NCBI GenBank assembly: GCA_042408785.1
Contig: JBHOQU010000039.1
Span: 22,606-86,605 of the forward strand
Source: Dehalococcoidia bacterium
GTDB lineage: Bacteria > Chloroflexota > Dehalococcoidia > JAUQQI01
Reading direction: 5' to 3'
DNA length: 64,000 nt
The first letter of the stretch is position 1. Each line of letters begins with the position of its first letter. Below are positions 56,977 to 64,000 of the stretch, piece after piece. Under the pieces are notes generated by a model that was not told the DNA's origin, ran no database searches, and was given only the letters and a program-made list of their open reading frames with translations. The position numbers and the translations under genes are program-made.

Positions 56977-57771
56977 GTGCCGTCAGGAGAGGACCTTCTG
57001 CGGGCCCACCTGCGGGAAGTGCCGGCTTTCCGGGCGCTGCTCAGGTCCGTGGAGGCCCGGTTCTACCGGGACCTGCCCCTGGCGGGCCCGGTCCTCGACC
57101 TCGGGTGCGGGGATGGGCATTTCGCCAGCCTCGCCCTGTCGGACCTGGCCCCGGTTGGGGTGGACCTGTCGGCCGGAGCCCTGCGGGAGGCCGTCCGGCG
57201 CCGGGTCTACCGGGCGGTCATCCGGGCCGACGCCGCCTGCCTGCCCTTTCGCTCGGAAGTTTTCGGCACCGTGGTGAGCAACTCGGTTCTCGAGCACATT
57301 CCCGGGGTCGAGGCCGTCCTGGCCGAAATAAGCCGCGTGTTGAAGGCGGGGGGCCGACTGGCTTTCTCCGTCCCCAGCGAGCACTTTGCCGAGTATTTAT
57401 CCGTCGGCCGGATCCTTGAGCGGCTGGGGCTCGGCCGTCTGGCCGGGGCCTACCAGCGGTTCTTCAACCGCATTTCCCGCCACGTTACCTGCGAAAGCCC
57501 GGCCTGGTGGGCCGCCCGACTGAAGGCGGTGGGCCTCGAGCCCGTGGAGTATCATTACTACTTCTCACCAGGGGCCACGGCCCTGCTGGAATGGGGCCAT
57601 CTTTACGGCCTCCCCGCCCTTGGGTTTAAAAAGCTGGTCGGCCGCTGGGTCTTAGCGCCCTGGACCTGGAGCCTCTGGCCGGTGGCGCGGGTTCTCCGTC
57701 GGTATTATTTGGAGCCCCCGGCCGAGGCCGGGGCCTATTTCTTCATGATTGCGGCCAAACCCCAAAGCTGA
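56977..57771 (+). CDS. class I SAM-dependent methyltransferase
   Basis: VLDLGCGDG motif I. GTG at 56977. The upstream part of track ORF 56677-57771 overlaps GT4 out of frame. Confidence 0.8.
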   Translation: MPSGEDLLRAHLREVPAFRALLRSVEARFYRDLPLAGPVLDLGCGDGHFASLALSDLAPVGVDLSAGALREAVRRRVYRAVIRADAACLPFRSEVFGTVVSNSVLEHIPGVEAVLAEISRVLKAGGRLAFSVPSEHFAEYLSVGRILERLGLGRLAGAYQRFFNRISRHVTCESPAWWAARLKAVGLEPVEYHYYFSPGATALLEWGHLYGLPALGFKKLVGRWVLAPWTWSLWPVARVLRRYYLEPPAEAGAYFFMIAAKPQS

Positions 57772-59744
57772 TGGCGGCCCCGTACCTACCGCCCATCTTT
57801 TTAAGCTTTCTCTTGGCCGTCGGCGGCCAATTCGTCCTGGACGGCAGCCCCCGGGATCGCCTGCCGATGTTCGGGCTGCTCCTCTACGCCTTAGCCGCCG
57901 CGGTCGGCTTCTGGGCCTTCTGGCGGGGCCGGTTGGGGCCGGGACCGCCCGGCCCACCGCCACGGGCCGACCCCAAACGGACGGGGAGGGTTCCCAGGCT
58001 CCCCTGGCTGGCCCTCAGCCTTGGGGGAATGGTTCTAGCCTTTGCCGGCGCCGGGGGGAACCAGTTTCGCCTCCCCGGCCTCGTGGCCTGGGCCGTAGGG
58101 GTCGTCGCCTGGTTTGCGGCCTGGTGGTGCGAACCGATACGGCCAAGCCCAGACCCCGTCCGGCGACCTTTCACCGTCGGTTGGTGGCATCTGCTGGCCA
58201 TCGGGGTCCTGGGCCTTGGGATTGCCTTCCGCTACTGGGACCTTAACGGCCTTCCCCACGACGTTAACAGCGACCACGCCGAGAAGCTGCTGGACGTGCG
58301 GGACGTGCTGGCCGGAGATTACAAAATTTTCTTCCCCAGGAATACCGGCCGGGAAGCCTTCCAGTTTTACTTAGCCGCCGCAACGGTCGAAATCTTTAAC
58401 CTTCCGCTCCACAAGTATGCCCTTCAGGTAGGTACCGCCTTCATCGGGACGCTGATGCTCCCGGCCCTCTACCTGCTGGGGGCGGCATTGTGGGGAAGAG
58501 CCGGTGGCCTCTGGACCATGTTTTTCGGGGCGGTGGCGTCCTGGGCAGTTATCCCCGCCCGGGTGGGCCTGCGGTACCCATTTCTGCCCACCTTCGCGGC
58601 CTGGACCTTGGCCTTCCTCGTTCGGGGGCTTCGTTCGGGAAGCCGGTCGGATTTCCTCTGGATGGGGTTTTTCCTGGGCGTCGGCCTCTACGGTTACTCA
58701 CCCTTCCGGGGGATGCTGGCCGCCCTTCCCGTCGGATTCCTGGCAGCCTGGGCCCTCCGCCGGGGTTGGAGGACCCCAGACGGCCGCCGGCTCCTCGGCA
58801 ACTTCGCCATCGGGATGCTTACGGCGGTGCCCGTGCTTGCACCCATGCTACGCTTTGTTTTCGACAACCCGGTCGTCTTCTTCGGCCGGGTGTTCACCCG
58901 GGTCTCCACCTGGGAAAAGCCCATCGAAGGAGACCCGGTGGGGATTCTGGCCGAAAACCTTGGTCGAGCCCTGCTTATGTTCCACTGGACCGGGGACGAA
59001 GTTTACGTTGCCACCCTACCCTTTCGGCCGATGCTCGACCCGGTTCTCGGCGGCCTTCTGGTCCTCGGCCTGACGGGGGCCGTCATCTGGGTTTGGTCTC
59101 GACGGGACCCGGTGCCCGTAGCCGTGGCTGCGGCCGGCCTGATCATGCTGCTACCTTCGGCCTTAAACCTTGCCTTCCCCCGGGAAAATCCAAGCACCGT
59201 CCGGGCCGCCGGGGCCCTGCCGACGGTCCTAGCCCTGGCCGCATTGCCCCCGAGCCTCTGGGTATTTAGGCAGGGGCGGGAGAATTGGGCAGCCGCCGCG
59301 GCTCGGCTCGTGGGGGCCGCGGTCCTTGCTTTTATTCTTTTGCGGACCAATGCCGACCGGATATTCGTCGCCTATGCCGAGGCCTACTGTCAGCGGGCCT
59401 TGAACGCTGCCGAGGCGGCCGAACTTATCAGCGGATTTTACCGGCTGACCGGCTCACAGCGGGACGCCTTCTACGTGGCCTATCCTTACTGGTTTGACTC
59501 CCGCCTTATCGGGATGTGGCTTGGGAACCTGGACTGGCCTCACACGGTTCTAAGCGAGGAGTTGCCCGGTGTCCTCCCCGACCACCTGCGCCGGCCGGGA
59601 CCGAAGCTTTACCTGATTCATCCCCAGGACCGGCTCAGCCTGCTGACCCTTCAGTCAGCCTACCCACGGGGCGTCCCCACCGAGGTTCCCAGGCAGAGAT
59701 GCGCCGGCGAAGGTATGGTGGCCTTTTGGGTACCCCCGAACTGA
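57771..59744 (+). CDS. GT-C family (GT39/ArnT-like) membrane glycosyltransferase
   Basis: 657 aa, polytopic. The first-loop motif region NSDHAEKLLDVRDV and a C-terminal soluble domain. ATGA overlap with the methyltransferase. Confidence 0.7.
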   Translation: MAAPYLPPIFLSFLLAVGGQFVLDGSPRDRLPMFGLLLYALAAAVGFWAFWRGRLGPGPPGPPPRADPKRTGRVPRLPWLALSLGGMVLAFAGAGGNQFRLPGLVAWAVGVVAWFAAWWCEPIRPSPDPVRRPFTVGWWHLLAIGVLGLGIAFRYWDLNGLPHDVNSDHAEKLLDVRDVLAGDYKIFFPRNTGREAFQFYLAAATVEIFNLPLHKYALQVGTAFIGTLMLPALYLLGAALWGRAGGLWTMFFGAVASWAVIPARVGLRYPFLPTFAAWTLAFLVRGLRSGSRSDFLWMGFFLGVGLYGYSPFRGMLAALPVGFLAAWALRRGWRTPDGRRLLGNFAIGMLTAVPVLAPMLRFVFDNPVVFFGRVFTRVSTWEKPIEGDPVGILAENLGRALLMFHWTGDEVYVATLPFRPMLDPVLGGLLVLGLTGAVIWVWSRRDPVPVAVAAAGLIMLLPSALNLAFPRENPSTVRAAGALPTVLALAALPPSLWVFRQGRENWAAAAARLVGAAVLAFILLRTNADRIFVAYAEAYCQRALNAAEAAELISGFYRLTGSQRDAFYVAYPYWFDSRLIGMWLGNLDWPHTVLSEELPGVLPDHLRRPGPKLYLIHPQDRLSLLTLQSAYPRGVPTEVPRQRCAGEGMVAFWVPPN

Positions 59745-59756
59745 GCCGACCCGCCG

Positions 59757-61034
59757 TCAGAGGGTAAGCTTTGCCTCGAGCTCGTCGGGGGGGCGGTTAA
59801 GGCCGACCAGGCTCAGGCGCAGCCGCTCCGTGCGGAAAAGGTCCCGGGCCACCCGCAGGACGTCGTCGGCGGTCACCGCCTCGATCCGCTCCAGCCGCTC
59901 CTGGGGCGTCATGATCTGCCCCAGGACGGCCTCCTGCAGGCCGTAGTAGGCCGAAAGGTTCTCCGACCGCTCCAGTTGGAACATCAGGGTCACCTTCTGC
60001 CGCTCCTTGGCCCGGGCCAGCTCGTCGGCCGGCACCGGCTCCTGCCGGAGGCGGTCGAGCTCCGTCAGGATCGTGGTGAGGGCCAGGTCAAACCGGCCGG
60101 GGTCGAGGCCGGCGTAAACGACCAGCTGGCCGGTATCCTTGTGCCCGACCACGTACGAATAGACCGAGTAGGCCAGCCCCAGCCGCTCCCGAACGTTTAA
60201 AAAGAGCCGGGAGCTCATCCCCTCGCCCAGAACCGAGTTCATAACCATGGCCGCAAACCGGTCCGGGTGCCAGAGGGAGTAAGCCTGGACCCCCAGGTTT
60301 ATGTGAACCTGGTTCGTCGGCTTATCCCCCACCACAACCCGCGGGCCGCCGTCGGTTGATTTAAACGCCGGTTCGGGCCGCTCCGGCCCCGGCGCCCACT
60401 CCCCCAGGTACGACCTGGCCAGCTCCACCAGCTCATCGGCGACCAGCCGCCCGGCCCCCACCAAAACCGCCCGCTGGGGCCGGTAATGGAAATCCAGAAA
60501 GCCCGCCATATCCTCCCGCCGAACCCCGGCCACCGTCTCCCGGAACCCGATGATGGGCCGGCCCAGGGGGTCGTCGGGGAAAAGGAGCCGCTGAAAGAGC
60601 AGCGAAACGTAAGTTTCCGGCTGGTCCTCGTAGCGGCTTATCTCCTGCTGGATGACGCCTTTTTCCCGCTCCAGCTCCGCCGGGTCCAGCAGGGGGTTTA
60701 AAACCAGGTCTGAAACGACGTCGACCGCCGTCTCCAGGTGCTCCGGGGTCACCTTGGCGTAGAAGTTGGTGTATTCAAAGCCGGTGGCGGCATTGAGCTG
60801 CCCCCCAATGCCCTCGATGGCCTCGCTGATCTGGCGGGCCGTCGGCCGCTTCTTCGTACCCTTGAAGACCATGTGCTCCAGAAAGTGGGAGATGCCGGCC
60901 AGGTTATCCGGCTCGTAGCGGCTGCCGACGGCCACAAAAAGCCGAACGGCCACCGATAGGGCTCCAGGTTGTTCGGCCGCTATTACCCGCAGCCCGTTTT
61001 CCAGCTGAATTCGGCTGAACTTCCAGTCCTGCAT
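59757..61034 (-). CDS. M16-family zinc metallopeptidase (pitrilysin-like)
   Basis: 425 aa. Inverted zinc motif HFLEHMVFKGT. Confidence 0.9.
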   Translation of the reverse strand: MQDWKFSRIQLENGLRVIAAEQPGALSVAVRLFVAVGSRYEPDNLAGISHFLEHMVFKGTKKRPTARQISEAIEGIGGQLNAATGFEYTNFYAKVTPEHLETAVDVVSDLVLNPLLDPAELEREKGVIQQEISRYEDQPETYVSLLFQRLLFPDDPLGRPIIGFRETVAGVRREDMAGFLDFHYRPQRAVLVGAGRLVADELVELARSYLGEWAPGPERPEPAFKSTDGGPRVVVGDKPTNQVHINLGVQAYSLWHPDRFAAMVMNSVLGEGMSSRLFLNVRERLGLAYSVYSYVVGHKDTGQLVVYAGLDPGRFDLALTTILTELDRLRQEPVPADELARAKERQKVTLMFQLERSENLSAYYGLQEAVLGQIMTPQERLERIEAVTADDVLRVARDLFRTERLRLSLVGLNRPPDELEAKLTL

Positions 61035-61046
61035 GCTTTAGTTATT

Positions 61047-62159
61047 TTAATCGAACTCCAGCCGTTTGTGCCGCATGACAATGCTCTCCAGCAGTCCCAG
61101 GGACAGCAGGGTTGTAAGGAGGGAGCTTCCGCCGTAGCTTATAAGGGGCAGGGGAATACCCGTAACGGGCAGAAGGCGGCTGTTGGCCCCGATGTTGATA
61201 AAGGCCTGGGAGAAGATCTGGACCACGATGCCGGTGGCCACCAGCCGGCCGAAGTCGTCCCCGGCCAGCATCCCGGCCCGGATGCCCCGGAAGAGCAGCA
61301 GGATAAATAGGCCGAAAAGGACCATCGCCCCCACAAACCCCAGCTCCTCCCCGATGACGCTGAAGATAAAGTCCGTATACTGGACCCGCAAAAAGTTAAG
61401 CTGCGTCTGGGAGCCCTGGCCCAGGCCCCGGCCGAAAAGTCCCCCCGACCCCACGCTTATCTCCGACTGCCGCACGTTATACCCGGCCCCCAGCGGGTCC
61501 AGCATCGGGTTGAAAAAGACCATAAGCCGCTCTCTCATATAGTCCCGGAGCAAATACCGAAAGGCCAGCGGCGCCGACGCAATCCCCAACGCCGCCAGTC
61601 CCAGCAGGTACCTCAGGCGGACGCCGGCCATAACGGCCATCCCAAACCAGATGGCCCCAAGAATCAGGTCGGTGCCCAGGTCCGGCTGGGCGTAAACCAG
61701 GGCCAGAAAAGGCAACGTCGCCCCAAGACTCAGCCCAAAGACCCGCAAGCTCCTTACCTGTTCCTGATAGACGGTGAAAATCTTGGCCAGGGTAAGAATG
61801 AGGGTAAGCTTGGCCAGCTCGGAGGGCTGGACGGGGATCGGCCCGAAGTTTATCCAGCGGCGGGCCCCGTAAGTTGCGTCCCCCACCAGGAGCACCAGCA
61901 CCAGCAGGGCAATAGTGACGGCGTAAAAGGTTTCGGCCAGGTGGCCGAAGAGCCGGTAATCCACGAAACACACCAGGAAAAACAGGGCGAGGCCGGCCAG
62001 CCCGAAGAGTAGCTGGCGGGCAACGGGGGACTCGAGGGGGTCATCCGGGGTGTTGCCGCTGGCGGCCGCGCTCCAGATCATCACCAGCCCGTAGGCCAGA
62101 AGCCCGGCGGCCGCGGCCAGAAGCCACGGGTCGAAGCGGCGCAGAAGCCTCAGGTCCAT
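61047..62159 (-). CDS. rodA: SEDS-family peptidoglycan polymerase RodA
   Basis: 370 aa. FtsW/RodA motifs (QPSELAKL, PLPLISYGGSS). Directly downstream of PBP2. Confidence 0.88.
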   Translation of the reverse strand: MDLRLLRRFDPWLLAAAAGLLAYGLVMIWSAAASGNTPDDPLESPVARQLLFGLAGLALFFLVCFVDYRLFGHLAETFYAVTIALLVLVLLVGDATYGARRWINFGPIPVQPSELAKLTLILTLAKIFTVYQEQVRSLRVFGLSLGATLPFLALVYAQPDLGTDLILGAIWFGMAVMAGVRLRYLLGLAALGIASAPLAFRYLLRDYMRERLMVFFNPMLDPLGAGYNVRQSEISVGSGGLFGRGLGQGSQTQLNFLRVQYTDFIFSVIGEELGFVGAMVLFGLFILLLFRGIRAGMLAGDDFGRLVATGIVVQIFSQAFINIGANSRLLPVTGIPLPLISYGGSSLLTTLLSLGLLESIVMRHKRLEFD

Positions 62160-64000
62160 TTAGCCCCGCTTGCGGCTGAAGTAAAACTCGAAGATCTGGC
62201 GGGCGGCGGGGGCGGCCGTGAAGGACCCGCCCTGGCTCAGCTCGTGGAAGACCGTCACGACGATTTCGGGGTCATTGTAGGGGGCGAACCCGGTGAACCA
62301 GCCGTGGTAGCGCCGGGCACTGATGGGCCCCCACTCGGCAGTCCCCGTTTTTCCGGCCACCGCCACCCCCGGAATATTTACCACCGTCACGATGCCGCTG
62401 GTCACCCCGTCCCGCATCCCGGCCCGGATAAGCTCTAGATACTCGGGCCGGATGCCCACCTCCCGACGCACCACCGGTTCGAACCGCCAGACGGTGCGGC
62501 CTTCAGGGTCCCTGATTTCCCGCACCAGCTGCGGCTTAAGAAGCTTGCCGCCGTTGGCCACGGCGGCGGTGGCCATGGCCAGCTGCAGGGGGGTAACCGT
62601 GACCTCCCCCTGCCCGATGCCGGCGTTATAAACATCCCCCAGGTAGGCCGGCTCGCCCCGGACCTTGCGGTACCAGTCGTTGCTGGGAATGGTCCCCTCC
62701 GCCTCACCGGGCAGGTCGATGCCCGTCTTCTCCCCGAAGCCGAACCGGTGGGCGTAGTCGGCCAGCCGGTCGATGCCCAGGCCCCGAATCCGCTGGTCCG
62801 GACAGCCGCCGGCGACGCAGCCGAAGTAGACGTTCGATGACATGGCCAGGGCCCGCCTGAAGTTGAGGGCGCCCAGGGCCGCCCAGTCCCGGAAGATGAA
62901 GGGCACCGCCGGGTTAACCTCATTTGCGATCCGGATGTAGCCCGGGCTGTAGATCACGGTGTTGGCGGTTACGATCCCCTCCTGCAGGCCGGCGGCGCCG
63001 GTGACCAGCTTGAAGGTGCTGCCGGGGGCCCAGGCGCCCCCGATGGCGGAGTTGACCAGGGGACGGCGGGGGTCTTCTAAAAGCGCCTCCCACTCCCGGG
63101 TCCCGATCCCCGTCGAAAAGAGGTTGTTGTCGTAGTCGGGGATGGCCACCATCGCCAGAATTTCTCCGGTCTTGGCGTTCACCACCACCGCCGCGGCGTG
63201 GTCCGACCGGCCCATGGTCGCCTTAAGGGCCTGATAAGCAACCCGCTGAAGCTCCAGGTCGATGCTCAGCACCAGGTTGTTGCCGGGCACCGGGTCCTCC
63301 CGCTGCAGCACCTCCACCTTGCGGCCGCTGGCATCCACCACCACCTCCTCCCGCCCCGGCTGGCCCCGAAGCTCCCGCTCGTAGCTGGCCTCAATGCCCT
63401 GCTTGCCCAGCTGGTCGTTAAGGTAGTAGCCTTCCTGGCGCAGCTGGGCATACTCTTCGGCGTCGATGCGGCCGATAAACCCGAGGATGTGGGCCATCAG
63501 GGGGCCCTCCAGGTACTGCCGGATCGGCTGAACCTGCACCTGAACCCCGGGCAGGCTCTCGTGATTCTCCTCAATGACAAAGGCCGTCTTCTGGTCCACG
63601 TTATCCTTTATGGCCACCGGGCTGAAGGGATCCTGACGCCGGCGCTCGTCAATTTTCTGAGAAATCTCGGCGGCCGGGATGTTGAGAATCCGGGCCAGTC
63701 GGCCGGCCACTTCGGCCTGGCGGTCCCGGGGCAGGTCGGCTGGCATAACCGTTACCGAAAAGCTGGGAATGTTGCGGACCAGCAGGTTCCCCCGGGCATC
63801 GTAAATGACCCCCCGGGGGGCGGGCACGGGCACCAGCCGGAGCCGGTTGTTGTCGGCCAGCGTCCGGTAATAGTCGCCCATAACGACCTGCAGCTTCCAG
63901 AGCTGGACGGCCAGAACCAAAAAACCGAGGATAATGAGCCCCTGCAACGCCCGGAACTTAAGCCGGGTCCGCAGGGCCGGGTTAACCGGGGCCGGCCGCT
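62160..64000 (-). CDS. mrdA: penicillin-binding protein 2 (5' partial at window edge)
   Basis: Transpeptidase motifs STFK (PGSTFKLVT), SSN and KTGT. The frame stays open upstream of the TTG at 63947 (…RTRLKFRALQGLIILGF…) to the window end. Confidence 0.9.
   Translation of the reverse strand, partial: RPAPVNPALRTRLKFRALQGLIILGFLVLAVQLWKLQVVMGDYYRTLADNNRLRLVPVPAPRGVIYDARGNLLVRNIPSFSVTVMPADLPRDRQAEVAGRLARILNIPAAEISQKIDERRRQDPFSPVAIKDNVDQKTAFVIEENHESLPGVQVQVQPIRQYLEGPLMAHILGFIGRIDAEEYAQLRQEGYYLNDQLGKQGIEASYERELRGQPGREEVVVDASGRKVEVLQREDPVPGNNLVLSIDLELQRVAYQALKATMGRSDHAAAVVVNAKTGEILAMVAIPDYDNNLFSTGIGTREWEALLEDPRRPLVNSAIGGAWAPGSTFKLVTGAAGLQEGIVTANTVIYSPGYIRIANEVNPAVPFIFRDWAALGALNFRRALAMSSNVYFGCVAGGCPDQRIRGLGIDRLADYAHRFGFGEKTGIDLPGEAEGTIPSNDWYRKVRGEPAYLGDVYNAGIGQGEVTVTPLQLAMATAAVANGGKLLKPQLVREIRDPEGRTVWRFEPVVRREVGIRPEYLELIRAGMRDGVTSGIVTVVNIPGVAVAGKTGTAEWGPISARRYHGWFTGFAPYNDPEIVVTVFHELSQGGSFTAAPAARQIFEFYFSRKRG

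Noticed and set aside
1-64000. CRISPR arrays, rRNA genes, intact IS elements or transposases, and integrases
   Set aside because: Reading the window, I found no regularly spaced direct repeats, rRNA-like segments, or DDE- or tyrosine-recombinase-like ORFs. This was a visual scan, not a computed search.

Overview
The window is visibly GC-rich (not computed) and densely coding. It looks like bacterial chromosome from a Gram-positive-type or Chloroflexi-like lineage: strong GGAGG ribosome-binding sites, a T-box riboswitch, and frequent GTG/TTG starts with 4-nt start/stop overlaps. All product calls come from motifs I recognise in the supplied translations and from reading the DNA. No searches were run.

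Gene content, left to right:
- a VOC-fold protein (5' partial) and a citryl-CoA-lyase-like protein
- a 1438-aa GT-C/DUF2298-like membrane protein
- tRNA-Pro(CGG), a small exported protein, an amidohydrolase remnant, and a repeat-rich intergenic block
- a Trp-specific T-box leader followed by a decayed trpB2, then trpS and trpEGDCFBA
- tatA, a small membrane protein and an IclR regulator, then an MFS transporter
- an uninterrupted 11-gene minus-strand string: phage scaffold, major capsid, two small proteins, SLT lysin, a 650-aa tail-like protein, a 71-aa protein and a holin, running directly into imuB, a small ImuB-C-terminal-like ORF and dnaE2
- a selenocysteine-containing formate dehydrogenase-N operon (fdnGHI-fdhE-fdhD)
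- tRNA-Ser(UGA), an EndoIII-like gene overlapping a hidden 57-aa excisionase-type HTH ORF, and proS
- a LIV-type ABC transporter
- an orphan GAF-GAF-HisKA_2 kinase coupled to a FecR-like protein, then pspC-like and DUF433 genes
- a TRAP transporter collapsed by an internal deletion
- prs, an exported protein, pepA, a DUF72 protein, lspA and rluD
- a glycosylation cluster (epimerase, GT4, methyltransferase, GT39)
- an M16 peptidase, rodA and mrdA (5' partial)

The most unusual structure is the phage head/tail/lysis module fused in the same orientation to an ImuB-DnaE2 mutasome cassette. It has no portal, terminase, protease, integrase or imuA. An 18-bp perfect palindrome sits at its only real gap, and a near-consensus LexA (Cheo-type) box sits in its candidate upstream promoter.

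At least four decayed genes occur in the 64 kb. No CRISPR array, rRNA gene or intact transposase was seen.
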